Source: Patescibacteria group bacterium (GTDB lineage Bacteria > Patescibacteriota > Minisyncoccia > Minisyncoccales > RBG-13-36-15). Taken from it: a stretch of 64,000 nt of DNA. The position numbers and the translations under genes are program-made. A model generated the notes under the pieces. The model was not told the DNA's origin. It worked only from the letters and a program-made list of their open reading frames with translations, and ran no database searches. Every line of letters starts with the position of its first letter. The first letter of the stretch is position 1. Of the stretch, positions 43,730 to 55,202 are shown one piece after another. The DNA is taken from the NCBI GenBank assembly GCA_018609195.1, contig JAHCSE010000004.1, positions 8,474 through 72,473 of the forward strand, in the 5' to 3' direction.

Positions 43730-44593
43730 ATGCAAACTTTTAATTTCAATATAATATTGCAGGCTGGAATTGTCATCTTGCTTTTCTTCACAATTATGAG
43801 CCTTTATGGTTTTTTTATTGCGATCCGACCATCCAAAATTCATTCCTCTTTGACTCCGGCTAATTTTGATTTGGATTTCGAAAGCTTGACCATAAAGACA
43901 GCAGATAAAGTTGAGCTGAAAGGATGGCTTATCTCAAACCAAAATTCAGACAAAATTATCATTGCTCTTCACGGGTATCCTGCAGATAAAGGTAATATTC
44001 TTCCTGCGCTTTTGTTTCTCCAGGAAGATTTTAACCTCCTCTTTTTTGATTTTCGCTACCTGGGAGAAAGCAGCGGGTTTTACACTACTATAGGGGCAAA
44101 GGAGGTGAATGATCTTTTAGCTGCACTTTCGTTTGCAAAAGAGCGAGGTTTTAAAAAAATTGGGGTGTGGGGATTCTCTATGGGGGGAGCGGTAGCCTTA
44201 ATGACCGCCCATAAAACCTCAGATATCAATGCCATTGTAGCTGATTCAAGCTATGCAGCGCTTTCCTTGCTTTTAACTGAACCTTATCGTAATTTCGCTT
44301 TCTTTAAATATCCCTTGGCATTTTTCACGCGCCTTTGGCCCAGAATATTTCTTGGAATATCTATTACTGAAGCCTCCCCTGTCAAAAAAATAAAAGGGAT
44401 AAAAATCCCCATTTTGCTCATCCATTCCCCAGAGGATGAAGTTATTCCTTTCTCGCATGCTCTTTTATTAAAAGAAGCGCTTAAGGATAATCCCAGGGCT
44501 GAATTTTGGTTTGAGGAGGGAGCTTTACACGGGGAAATCAAAAAAGAATACCAAGAACGCATCAGAGAATTTTTCCAAAAAAATCTCCAATGA
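43730..44593 (+). CDS. alpha/beta-fold hydrolase with N-terminal membrane anchor
   Basis: 287 aa. Nucleophile elbow GFSMGG, HG oxyanion motif ALHGYP, C-terminal Asp/His region. Confidence 0.75.
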   Translation: MQTFNFNIILQAGIVILLFFTIMSLYGFFIAIRPSKIHSSLTPANFDLDFESLTIKTADKVELKGWLISNQNSDKIIIALHGYPADKGNILPALLFLQEDFNLLFFDFRYLGESSGFYTTIGAKEVNDLLAALSFAKERGFKKIGVWGFSMGGAVALMTAHKTSDINAIVADSSYAALSLLLTEPYRNFAFFKYPLAFFTRLWPRIFLGISITEASPVKKIKGIKIPILLIHSPEDEVIPFSHALLLKEALKDNPRAEFWFEEGALHGEIKKEYQERIREFFQKNLQ

Positions 44594-44644
44594 ATTTTAT
44601 AAACACATTAACTTTCTCCTTGTCGCAATGAGTAAAGCTTATTT

Positions 44645-44755
44645 TTATTTCTCACAAGTGCATTCTTCTGCCTTTTTTCCGCATCCTGAACAGGCATCAT
44701 CTTTAATTTCTCCTCCGCATTTATTACATGGTGTGCAGCCGCAAACTTGACACAT
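44645..44755 (-). CDS. 36-codon cysteine-rich small ORF (9 Cys), below the ORF-track cutoff
   Basis: Hand-translated: MCQVCGCTPCNKCGGEIKDDACSGCGKKAEECTCEK*. Lies 52 nt downstream of, and co-oriented with, the TrxR-like gene. No clear Shine-Dalgarno. Confidence 0.4.
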   Translation of the reverse strand: MCQVCGCTPCNKCGGEIKDDACSGCGKKAEECTCEK

Positions 44756-44807
44756 AATTTTTTTACATTTTTAATTAGTTATAAGAAACGACCTTTCCAA
44801 CTTTACT

Positions 44808-45725
44808 TTATGTTTGATCTGCGTATTGTTCAAGACCTTTTAACTTTTTAATAATGGAAATGGCTGCATTACAGCCCTCTCCTGCGTCTTTTGCAATCTG
44901 GGGGTTACCCCCAGTGGCGCCTCCTGCAGCATATACACCTTCTACCTTAGTGAAACTATCCTGATTAATGACAATAAATCCATCTTTTAAAGGAAGTTTG
45001 AGTTTTTCAGCAAAGGTTAAAGAAGGTGTCACCCCCAATGCTAAAAAAATTCCATCGAGGATTAGATTTTCACCATCGCTGGTCTCGGCCGCCTCCACAT
45101 TTTTTTTGCCTAAAACTTTCACAATTTTTTTCTCTTCAAGCTTTATTCCTTTTTCTCTTAGGTTCTTTTTTATATGTTCTGAAAATTTCCAAGGCCTCTT
45201 TTGGGAGAAAATAACGACACCCTTCGTAAAAGAAGTGAGTTCTAATGCTTCCTCAGCTGCATGATTCCCTTCCCCAATTACTGCGACTTTCTTGTCTTTG
45301 TAGAGAAAACCATCACATACGACACAAGTATGCACTCCTTTTCCTAAAAACTCTTTTTCTCCCTCAATTCCAGCCATAGTAGGAGCAGCTCCATTTGCAA
45401 TAATGATTGTTTTTCCGAAATATTCTTTACCCTCACCAGTTTTCATCTGAAAATCACCCTCTTTTTTTACTATATCTATAACCTCTTCCCGGAGAAGTTC
45501 TCCTCCATACCTTCTCATTTGCTCAACTGAATTTTCAAGAAGTGATAAACCTGTCGGCTCTCCTAAAATTCCAAAAATATTGCCGATTCTTTTTCCAAAA
45601 GCTAAATCTGATTCTTCTGGTTTTCCAATCACCAGAGTCTTTATTTGAGCTCTTGTCAAAAAGAGAGCAGCTTGCAATCCAGCCGGTCCCGCCCCAATAA
45701 TGATGGTATCAAAATTTTTGTTCAC
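44808..45725 (-). CDS. thioredoxin-reductase-like FAD/NAD(P) oxidoreductase
   Basis: 305 aa. GAGPAG FAD motif, redox pair CVVCDG (canonical TrxR has CATCDG), second dinucleotide fold VAVIGEGNHAAEEA. Confidence 0.8.
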   Translation of the reverse strand: MNKNFDTIIIGAGPAGLQAALFLTRAQIKTLVIGKPEESDLAFGKRIGNIFGILGEPTGLSLLENSVEQMRRYGGELLREEVIDIVKKEGDFQMKTGEGKEYFGKTIIIANGAAPTMAGIEGEKEFLGKGVHTCVVCDGFLYKDKKVAVIGEGNHAAEEALELTSFTKGVVIFSQKRPWKFSEHIKKNLREKGIKLEEKKIVKVLGKKNVEAAETSDGENLILDGIFLALGVTPSLTFAEKLKLPLKDGFIVINQDSFTKVEGVYAAGGATGGNPQIAKDAGEGCNAAISIIKKLKGLEQYADQT

Positions 45726-45805
45726 CTCATCTTTATAATAATCTCAAAAAAATAAAGGGTCAAACTAGCTTTTCTAGTGGTAAGACTTTAATCTCACCGC
45801 TTTTA

Positions 45806-45834
45806 TTGATTTTTTTGAAAATTTAATATATAAT
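45806..45834 (+). promoter_or_regulatory. candidate promoter for the uvrA leader
   Basis: TTGATT (45806-45811), 17 nt, TATAAT (45829-45834). Confidence 0.5.
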
Positions 45835-45840
45835 GGGAAA

Positions 45841-46047
45841 CTCAATATGCCTGAGTCGCGGCACGCGACACTTACCTTCGGCAAGTGCGCTATCACCGCT
45901 CCTTAGAAACCCACGGTTTCTAAGTATCACCCCAAATTCGCTTGCGCTAGAATTTGGGGACCCCGATTTTGGCGAAAGCCTGTTTTCCTTCACGGGAAAA
46001 CGCCCACTGTTCACACACAGCCCAGTTTTCCCGACCCCTTTCTCATT
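45841..46047 (+). repeat. structured repeat family, copy C (uvrA leader)
   Basis: Hairpins GTCGCG-gca-CGCGAC and CACTTACC-ttcg-GCAAGTG. Then TTAGAAACC-cac-GGTTTCTAA, CCCCAAATTC...GAATTTGGGG, GAAAGCCTGTTTTCCTTCACGG, GGGAAAAC-(23-nt loop)-GTTTTCCC and CCGACCCC. Confidence 0.85.
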
Positions 46048-46056
46048 TTCATTAAC

Positions 46057-48963
46057 ATGAAAAATAATTACATAAAAATTAGGGGAGCCAAAGTTCATAA
46101 CCTAAAGAATATTGATATTGATATTCCCAAAAATAAAATGGTGGTAATTACCGGGATTTCAGGATCTGGAAAGAGTTCTTTAGCTTTTGATACTTTGTAT
46201 GCAGAAGGCCAGCGCCGATATGTGGAAAGTTTATCTGCTTATGCCCGTCAATTTTTAGGTGTGATGGACAAACCGGATGTCGAAAGGATTGAGGGAATTT
46301 CTCCTGCTATTTCCATTGATCAGAGAAAGGCAGCCCATAACCCAAGATCGACAGTGGGTACCATTACTGAAATTTACGACTATTTAAGGTTATTATTTGC
46401 CAAAATTGGGAAGCCTCATTGCCCAAAATGTAAAAAGCCAGTTTCCAAACAGACCATTGATCAGATTACAGAGCAAATTTTAAAATTACCTAAAAAAACA
46501 GAGATTACAATTTTGGGACCAGTCATTCGGGGCAGAAAGGGAGAGCATCGGGGAATATTAGAAGAAATTCAAAGAGGAGGATTTGTGAGGGTGAGGATTG
46601 ATGGAATTTTATATCGGATTGAGGAAGCGCTAGAGCGAATTTTAGAGCGCAAGAAAAAACACAATATTGAAGTAGTGGTGGATCGAGTGGTGATTGAAAA
46701 AAATCTGGAACGGGCTCGTCTCGTTGATTCGATGGAGACTGCCCTAAAATTAGGAAAAGGCATAGCGATTGTTGGAGTTGTTGGAAATGTCCAATCAGCC
46801 TCCAACCCTGTTTTAAATATTCATCATCAACAGAGGAAACTAACCAACAAAGGAAAGCGATCAAACATCTCAGACATTATATTCAGCGAGCATTTTACCT
46901 GTGAAGAATGTCGAATTTCTCTACCTGAGTTAGAGCCGAGACTCTTTTCTTTTAATTCCCCCTACGGAGCTTGTCCGGCCTGTCAAGGATTGGGGGAGAA
47001 ATTGGAAGTTGACCCAAAATTAGTCATTCCCAATAAAAACTTAACCATAACTGAAGGAGCAATTCGTCCTTGGATGAGAGCCTCTCATAAATTAGGCCGC
47101 CAGAGTTATTTCTGGTGGCAGTTATCTGATTTATCTGAGAGAAGAAATTTTTCCTTATCCATCCCAGTTAAAAATTTATCCAAAAAGATTACCGATGTTA
47201 TTTTATATGGCGATGAGGAGTTTGAAGGAGTTGTTCCTTCCCTGGAAAGAAGATATCGCGAGACTGAATCAGAATATACCAGAGAAGAAATTGAGCAATA
47301 CATGATTGAAAAAAAGTGTGAAGCTTGCCAAGGAAAGAGATTAAAGCCCGAAGTGCTATCTGTAACCATAACTGGGAAATCAATTGATGATTTAGTCTCA
47401 ATAAGTGTAGATAGATTAAAGGAGTTTTTTGAAAAATTAATAAAAAATCGAGGAAATCTGTCCTCGAGTTTTAAAATTGCTGCCCCTATTATCAAAGAAC
47501 TTATCAATCGTTTGCAATTTTTGATTGATGTCGGTTTAAATTACTTAACTATTGATCGAAAGGCAGGGACTTTAGCGGGTGGTGAGGAGCAAAGAATAAG
47601 GTTAGCTACTCAAATTGGCTCAAAACTGACAGGGGTATTATACATTTTGGATGAACCCTCAGTTGGCCTCCATGCTAGAGATCAAGGAAGATTAATTGAA
47701 ACTTTAAAAAAATTGAGAGATTTGGGAAACACCATTGTGGTGGTAGAACATGATCCCCAGACAATTAAAGCTGCAGATTGGATAATCGATATAGGGCCTG
47801 GGGCAGGGGAACAAGGAGGAAAAATAACTTTTGAGGGTACACCAAAAGCACTTCTCAAGGCTCACACTTTAACTGGTGAGTATCTGGCAGGTAAAAAGAA
47901 AGTGGAAATCAAAGCTTCCCAGTCATCTGTCTCTAGTCAGACAAGTACAAAAAGCTCAGATCGGAAGGAGCTTATTATCAAGGGGGCAACAGAGCACAAT
48001 TTAAAAAATATCGATGTGAAAATTCCTTTAGGTAAATTTGTTTGTATTACCGGAGTTTCGGGATCTGGAAAAAGTTCTTTAATGAATGATATTTTAGCCC
48101 GGGCCCTTCTTCAAAAATTTTACAATAGCAAAGAAGGACCAGGAAGACACAAAGATATTTTAGGTTGGGAAAATTTAAACAAGATAGTTTTGGTTGACCA
48201 ATCACCAATCGGCAGAACTCCGAGATCTAATCCAGCTACCTACACAGGAGCTTTTTCTTACATGAGAGATCTTTTTTCTAAAACCAGGGAAGCCAGAATT
48301 AGGGGGTATCTGCCAGGTAGGTTTTCTTTTAATGTCAAAGGAGGAAGATGTGAGGCCTGTGAAGGTCAAGGAGTGAAAAAAATTGAGATGTATTTTTTAC
48401 CAGATGTCTATGTTGAATGTAAAGAATGCAAGGGGAAAAGATTTAATAAAGAAACTCTATCCATTGAATATAAAGGAAAAAATATTTCAGAGGTTTTAAC
48501 AATGACAGTTAAGGAAGCTCTTGATTTTTTCAAAGCAATTCCTGGTCTTTTCCAAAAATTAAAAACTTTAGATGAAGTTGGTTTAGGTTACGTTCAGCTT
48601 GGTCAACCTGCTCCTTCTCTTTCTGGAGGAGAGGCTCAGAGGGTAAAATTATCCACTGAGCTTTCCAGAAAGGCAACTGGAAAAACTTTATATATTTTAG
48701 ATGAGCCCACCACTGGTTTGCATTTTGACGATATTAAAAAACTTTTAAGGGTTTTAAGAGAATTAGTAGACCGAGGAAATACAGTTTTGATAATTGAACA
48801 CAATTTAGATGTAATCAAGAATACTGATTGGATAGTTGATCTGGGGCCAGAAGGCGGTGAGGAAGGAGGATACATTGTTACCGAAGGTGAACCTTTTGCG
48901 ATAATCAAAAATAAAAAAAGTTATACTGGAAAATATCTCAAACCAGTGTTGAGAAAAACTTGA
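46057..48963 (+). CDS. uvrA: excinuclease ABC subunit A
   Basis: 968 aa. Two ABC modules (GISGSGKSS, GVSGSGKSS; LSGGE signatures) and zinc-finger Cys clusters. Confidence 0.95.
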   Translation: MKNNYIKIRGAKVHNLKNIDIDIPKNKMVVITGISGSGKSSLAFDTLYAEGQRRYVESLSAYARQFLGVMDKPDVERIEGISPAISIDQRKAAHNPRSTVGTITEIYDYLRLLFAKIGKPHCPKCKKPVSKQTIDQITEQILKLPKKTEITILGPVIRGRKGEHRGILEEIQRGGFVRVRIDGILYRIEEALERILERKKKHNIEVVVDRVVIEKNLERARLVDSMETALKLGKGIAIVGVVGNVQSASNPVLNIHHQQRKLTNKGKRSNISDIIFSEHFTCEECRISLPELEPRLFSFNSPYGACPACQGLGEKLEVDPKLVIPNKNLTITEGAIRPWMRASHKLGRQSYFWWQLSDLSERRNFSLSIPVKNLSKKITDVILYGDEEFEGVVPSLERRYRETESEYTREEIEQYMIEKKCEACQGKRLKPEVLSVTITGKSIDDLVSISVDRLKEFFEKLIKNRGNLSSSFKIAAPIIKELINRLQFLIDVGLNYLTIDRKAGTLAGGEEQRIRLATQIGSKLTGVLYILDEPSVGLHARDQGRLIETLKKLRDLGNTIVVVEHDPQTIKAADWIIDIGPGAGEQGGKITFEGTPKALLKAHTLTGEYLAGKKKVEIKASQSSVSSQTSTKSSDRKELIIKGATEHNLKNIDVKIPLGKFVCITGVSGSGKSSLMNDILARALLQKFYNSKEGPGRHKDILGWENLNKIVLVDQSPIGRTPRSNPATYTGAFSYMRDLFSKTREARIRGYLPGRFSFNVKGGRCEACEGQGVKKIEMYFLPDVYVECKECKGKRFNKETLSIEYKGKNISEVLTMTVKEALDFFKAIPGLFQKLKTLDEVGLGYVQLGQPAPSLSGGEAQRVKLSTELSRKATGKTLYILDEPTTGLHFDDIKKLLRVLRELVDRGNTVLIIEHNLDVIKNTDWIVDLGPEGGEEGGYIVTEGEPFAIIKNKKSYTGKYLKPVLRKT

Positions 48964-48987
48964 CAAAGTTTTTGCAGAAGCTAATAT
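48960..48987 (+). promoter_or_regulatory. groESL promoter
   Basis: TTGACA (48960-48965, overlapping the uvrA stop), 16 nt, TAATAT (48982-48987). Confidence 0.6.
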
Positions 48988-48998
48988 GAAAAATAGAA

Positions 48999-49025
48999 TT
49001 AGCACTCAAACGCTTTGTTTGCTAA
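48999..49025 (+). promoter_or_regulatory. CIRCE-like operator (HrcA site)
   Basis: TTAGCACTC-N9-GTTTGCTAA versus consensus TTAGCACTC-N9-GAGTGCTAA. The left half is perfect and the right half matches 7/9. Confidence 0.7.
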
Positions 49026-49035
49026 AATGGCGATT

Positions 49036-49326
49036 ATGAAAATTAAACCTCTCTCTGATCATATTTTAATTGAGCCAATGAAACGGGAGGAGAAAACTAA
49101 GACGGGGATTTTGTTACCAGAAACTGCTGAAAAAGATAAGCCAGAACAAGGGAAGGTGGTGGCTGTGGGACCAGGGAGGAAGACTTCCTCAGGTAAAGTT
49201 ATTCCTTTAGAAGTAAAAGAAGGGGATATTGTTTTATTTACAAAATATGGACCAAATGAAATAAAAATTGATGATAAGGAATATTTAGTTGCTAAAGAAG
49301 AAGATATATTAGCGATCCTCGAATAG
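49036..49326 (+). CDS. groES: co-chaperonin GroES
   Basis: MKIKPLSDHILIEP...GKVVAVGPG.... The track start at 49015 lies inside the CIRCE site. ATG 49027 and ATG 49036 are both possible. Confidence 0.9.
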   Translation: MKIKPLSDHILIEPMKREEKTKTGILLPETAEKDKPEQGKVVAVGPGRKTSSGKVIPLEVKEGDIVLFTKYGPNEIKIDDKEYLVAKEEDILAILE

Positions 49327-49327
49327 C

Positions 49328-51153
<1,826 letters not shown>

Positions 51154-51174
51154 AACTAGATCTTAGTAAATTTG

Positions 51175-51212
51175 CCAAAGCCTGGGAAAAACCCGGGCTT
51201 TGTTGTTTTTTA
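51175..51212 (+). terminator. rho-independent terminator after groEL
   Basis: CAAAGCCtGGG-aaaaa-CCCgGGCTTTG followed by ttgTTTTTT. Confidence 0.8.
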
Positions 51213-51235
51213 TATTTTCAGTTATAATAAATTTA

Positions 51236-51994
51236 ATGGAAAAAAATAATCGGAGAAAAACCGAATCTCCAATTAATATTTATGCAAAGAGGCCAAAAAT
51301 CTCAGAAGTAATTTCAGTAGTGGCTCATCAATTGAGACATCCTATTTCAGTTATCAAAAACTATCTCGAGGCTTTAATTTCACAAGATTTTGGAAAAATA
51401 AATCAAAAGCAAGAAGAATATCTTCAAGATGCGTTGTATAATGTCAAAAGGATGGCAGAACATGTTGATCATCTTTTAGATGTTTCCAGAGTTGAGGAAG
51501 GAAATTATGCACTGAAATTGAAACCTCTTTCTTTAGAAGAGATTACTAAACCTGTAATTAAGGATCTGGCTTTATGGATTGAGGCTTCAAATTGCGAAAT
51601 TTCCTTTAAGAAATCAACTGAGGTTTTACCCAAAGTTTTAGCCGATCCTATAAAAACTCGCGAAGTAGTAGAGAATCTAATCACCAATACTATTAAATAT
51701 AAAAAAGCAGGGAGGGGGAAAATAGAAATATCTTTGGAAAAGAAAGGTAATCAAATTTTATTCAGCTGCAAAGATAATGGAATTGGCATTCCCCGAGAAG
51801 ATTTTAAAAAAGTTTTTACTAAATTCTATAGGTCCGAAGAAGCAATGGAAATGGATCCCTCAGGATTTGGCTTAGGTTTATACTTAAACAGAGCTATCAT
51901 TGAATTATCCGGTGGTAAAATTTGGTTTTCCAAAAACAAAGATTTTGGAATGATATTCTATTTCACTTTACCTATTGCGAAAAAAGAGACTTAA
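51236..51994 (+). CDS. soluble histidine kinase without sensor or TM region
   Basis: H-box VVAHQLRHPISV about 35 residues from ATG 51236. N box ENLITNTIKY, G boxes DNGIGI and GFGLGLYL. TTGTTG-17-TATAAT (51200-51228) places the ATG 7 nt after the -10. Confidence 0.8.
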   Translation: MEKNNRRKTESPINIYAKRPKISEVISVVAHQLRHPISVIKNYLEALISQDFGKINQKQEEYLQDALYNVKRMAEHVDHLLDVSRVEEGNYALKLKPLSLEEITKPVIKDLALWIEASNCEISFKKSTEVLPKVLADPIKTREVVENLITNTIKYKKAGRGKIEISLEKKGNQILFSCKDNGIGIPREDFKKVFTKFYRSEEAMEMDPSGFGLGLYLNRAIIELSGGKIWFSKNKDFGMIFYFTLPIAKKET

Positions 51995-51999
51995 TTAAT

Positions 52000-52389
52000 A
52001 TGCCTGAAGAAAAAATAAAAATTTTAATGATTGAGGAGGATCGTTTTTTGAGAAAAATTTATCGGGACAAATTATCTCGGTTAGGTTTTGATTTTTTGGA
52101 GGCAACCAATGGAGAGGAGGGTTTGAATAAAGTAATAGCTGAGAAACCAGATTTGGTACTATTGGACTTAATTTTACCCAGGAAAAACGGCTTCGATGTT
52201 TTAATTGATATGAAAAGCAACAAAAATACTGAAAACATTCCAGTAATTATTCTTTCAAATTTAGGCCAAGAGTCTGATATTGAGAGAGGACTTTCCCTGG
52301 GCGCAGAAGATTACTTAGTCAAAACCGATGTTAGTTTATCTAAAGTGGTAGATAAAGTAAAAGAACAGCTAGTAAAAATGAAAACTTAA
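52000..52389 (+). CDS. single-domain response regulator (receiver only)
   Basis: Start at ATG 52000 (MPEEKIKILMIEED). Acceptor context LVLLDLILP, conserved K in DYLVKT. No output domain. Confidence 0.85.
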   Translation: MPEEKIKILMIEEDRFLRKIYRDKLSRLGFDFLEATNGEEGLNKVIAEKPDLVLLDLILPRKNGFDVLIDMKSNKNTENIPVIILSNLGQESDIERGLSLGAEDYLVKTDVSLSKVVDKVKEQLVKMKT

Positions 52390-52401
52390 AATTAATTTTT
52401 A

Positions 52402-54093
52402 ATGGAAATTACTGGAAAAATTTTAAAAAAAATTTTCGTTGATTCAGGTTTAATTAACCAAAAAAAATTTTCTTTAGCAAAAAAAATAGCGAAGGAGCGA
52501 AAAGAGTCTCTGACAAACGTAATTTTAGATCAAAGATTAATTTCTGATGAAGAGTTAGGCCAGTTAATTGCAGATTATCTCGGCTTCCCTTTTGTAAATT
52601 TGAGAAAAATAGAAATCAATCGCGAAATTTTAACTATCTTACCCGAAATTGTGGCTAAAAAACAGGAAATTATTATCTTTGATAGAAACCAAAAAGGAAT
52701 AAAAGTAGCATTTCGCCAACCCGAAAATTTAGAGATTAGAGAATTTATTGAAAGGAAAACAGGGGATAAGGTAATCCCTTACTATGCCACTAAAAGAGAT
52801 ATTCAAGAATCCTTAAAATATTACCGCAAAGAGATAAAAACGGAATTTGAAGAAATTATTAAAAAGTCCCTTGAAGAACTCAAAAAAACCCATAAAAGAC
52901 CTACGGATGAACCCTTGCCGATAATTAAGGCTATGGATTTAATTTTACATTATGGCTACGACAATAAAGCTTCTGACATCCATATTGAACCTTATAAGAA
53001 CGAAACCGTGTTGAGATATCGGATCGATGGAGTTTTACACGATGTATTAACTTTACCTAAAATTCTTCATGATTTTTTAGTTTCGAGGATTAAGATTCTA
53101 TCTAAACTTCGAATTGATATTCATGATGCCGCCCAAGATGGCCATTTTTCATTTCAAGTTCCCTCAGAGAAAGTCGATGTAAGGGTTTCTGTTGTTCCTA
53201 TTGAAGAGGGAGAAAAAGTAGTGTTGAGGCTTCTTTCAGAAAGAGCAAGAAGGTTTGAGTTGAAAGATTTAGGCTTGGAATTAAATGAACTAAAAATTAT
53301 TAGGAAAAATATAAAAAAACCTTGGGGGATGATTTTAGTTTCAGGGCCTACTGGTTGCGGTAAAACAACTACGTTATATGCCATTTTGAAAATTTTGAAT
53401 GTGAGAGAAGTTAATATTTGTACTATTGAAGATCCAATTGAATATGATATTGAAGGAATAAGTCAGATTCAGGCCAATCCTAAAACAGGATTGAATTTTT
53501 CCAAAGGCCTTAGAGCAATAATTCGCCAGGACCCCGATATTATTATGGTGGGTGAAATCAGAGATGAGGAAACTGCTGCATTAGCCGTAAATTCGGCAAT
53601 GACCGGGCACCAAGTTTTATCTACCTTTCACGCTACCGATTCTTCCACCACTTTACCCAGGCTTTTAGATATGAAAATTGAACCTTTTTTACTTTCAACC
53701 TCCTTAATCTTAGTTATTGCCCAAAGACTCGTGAGAAAAATTTGTCCAAAGTGTATTGAAAGTTATGAAATTTCTTTTGCCAGGTTATCTCAGTTTTTAG
53801 GTAAAGATTTGGCCGTAAAATTTCCCAGAACAAAAGAAAATAAAATTCGCCTTTTCCGGGGAAAGGGATGCCCGCTTTGCCAGAAAACAGGATATTTGGG
53901 AAGAACAGGAATTTTCGAGGCTTTAGAAATAAAAGACCCGATTAAAAAGCTAATTATGGAAAAAGCTAATGCTTCTCAGATCAGGGCCAAAACTCAAAGG
54001 CTGGGAATGAGAACAATGGTTGAAGATGGTCTCAATAAAGTTGAAAGAGGGATTACTGCTCTGGAAGAGGTTTTAAGAGCAGCCCAAGAATAA
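52402..54093 (+). CDS. second PilB/GspE-family assembly ATPase
   Basis: 563 aa. Walker A GPTGCGKTT, DPDIIMVGEIRD, MTGHQVLSTFHA, CPKC...CPLC. Confidence 0.9.
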   Translation: MEITGKILKKIFVDSGLINQKKFSLAKKIAKERKESLTNVILDQRLISDEELGQLIADYLGFPFVNLRKIEINREILTILPEIVAKKQEIIIFDRNQKGIKVAFRQPENLEIREFIERKTGDKVIPYYATKRDIQESLKYYRKEIKTEFEEIIKKSLEELKKTHKRPTDEPLPIIKAMDLILHYGYDNKASDIHIEPYKNETVLRYRIDGVLHDVLTLPKILHDFLVSRIKILSKLRIDIHDAAQDGHFSFQVPSEKVDVRVSVVPIEEGEKVVLRLLSERARRFELKDLGLELNELKIIRKNIKKPWGMILVSGPTGCGKTTTLYAILKILNVREVNICTIEDPIEYDIEGISQIQANPKTGLNFSKGLRAIIRQDPDIIMVGEIRDEETAALAVNSAMTGHQVLSTFHATDSSTTLPRLLDMKIEPFLLSTSLILVIAQRLVRKICPKCIESYEISFARLSQFLGKDLAVKFPRTKENKIRLFRGKGCPLCQKTGYLGRTGIFEALEIKDPIKKLIMEKANASQIRAKTQRLGMRTMVEDGLNKVERGITALEEVLRAAQE

Positions 54094-54123
54094 AAATCTA
54101 AAAAACTAAAAAGTTTTTAAATC

Positions 54124-55179
54124 ATGGGGGTTTCTTTAAAAGAAAAAATGTTTTTTGCTGAACATTTATCCTTAATGATTAAAGGAGGGATTCCAATATC
54201 TGAGGCTTTGGAAATTTTAAAGTCCGAAGCTAAATCTAGAGGACTGAAAAGGGCTTTAAACGATATTTTAAAAAGAGTTTTGGAAGGGGAGAGATTAGAG
54301 AAGAGTTTTGAAAAGCATCCTCGAATTTTTGATAGATTTTTCAGAAATATAGTTCGGGTAGGAGAAGAATCAGGAACCTTAGAAGAGAATTTACGATATT
54401 TGGCTTCGCAAATTCAGAAGGACTATGAGTTAAAAAGAAAAGTGGTAGGGGCTTTACTCTATCCTCTCTTAGTCCTTGTTTTAGCTACTGTCATTATTTC
54501 GGTAGTCACCTTTTTTGTTATACCAAAGATAACTCCCCTTTTTCAGGCTCTGCCGCAAGCGGAGGCGGGGCTACCCTTCGCTACGGAAATTTTAATTTCC
54601 CTTTCCTCTTTTTTAAAACAGTTTTGGTTTTTAATAATCGCAGCTTTTATTTTCTTTGTCGTAATTTTTAAAATTTTGCAGAAAATAAGATTTATTAAAT
54701 TTTATTTTGATAAAATAAGCCTTTCTTTACCGTTTTTTGGTCAAATGTATAAAAATCTCGCGCTATCCAGGTTTTCTCGAAATCTATATACACTTTTGGG
54801 GAGTGGAATGCCAATTTTGGAAGCTCTGGAAATTTGCGCAGATTCGCTTCCAAATGAAATTCACAAAAGGAATGTAATGAAAGTGAGAGCAGGAGTAGAA
54901 AGGGGAGAAAAGATAAGTTCTGGTCTCAGAAAAAATCCCCAAAATTTCCCTCCGATTTTCTCAGAAATGGTCTTGGTAGGAGAGAAAACAGGTTCCCTAG
55001 AAGAAAGCCTTCTGTATCTCGCTGAATTTTATGAAAAAGAATTTGATACTACAATAAAAAATCTCTCGGGGTTGTTGGAACCTGTATTATTAATATTCGT
55101 TGGAATTTTTGTTGCCTTTGTGGCTTTCGCTATCATCACCCCAATTTATCAATTTACCTCTGGCCTCCGTATTCGTTAA
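54124..55179 (+). CDS. second PilC/GspF-family platform protein
   Basis: 351 aa. Duplicated GspF-type domains and 3 TM helices. Shorter N-terminus than the locus-1 PilC. Confidence 0.85.
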   Translation: MGVSLKEKMFFAEHLSLMIKGGIPISEALEILKSEAKSRGLKRALNDILKRVLEGERLEKSFEKHPRIFDRFFRNIVRVGEESGTLEENLRYLASQIQKDYELKRKVVGALLYPLLVLVLATVIISVVTFFVIPKITPLFQALPQAEAGLPFATEILISLSSFLKQFWFLIIAAFIFFVVIFKILQKIRFIKFYFDKISLSLPFFGQMYKNLALSRFSRNLYTLLGSGMPILEALEICADSLPNEIHKRNVMKVRAGVERGEKISSGLRKNPQNFPPIFSEMVLVGEKTGSLEESLLYLAEFYEKEFDTTIKNLSGLLEPVLLIFVGIFVAFVAFAIITPIYQFTSGLRIR

Positions 55180-55202
55180 ATAAGCATTAGAGGAGATTTT
55201 TT

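Noticed and set aside
45832-46047. Apparent closing stem of copy C (AATGGGAAA / TTTCTCATT) as additional covariation evidence alongside TGTACCA/TGGTACA in copy B.
   Set aside because: The 5' partner overlaps the predicted -10 box and lies upstream of the likely transcription start, so it may not be in the RNA. It is not counted as support.
54545-54590. GC-rich patch ctgccgcaagcggaggcggggctacccttcgctacgg in pilC2, considered as another in-frame palindromic insertion.
   Set aside because: Comparison with the locus-1 PilC shows only about 3 extra residues here, and the ...LPFATEIL segment corresponds to a normal PilC/GspF region. It shares CCCTTCGCT with the ssb-rpsR element, so relatedness is possible, but an insertion is not demonstrable.
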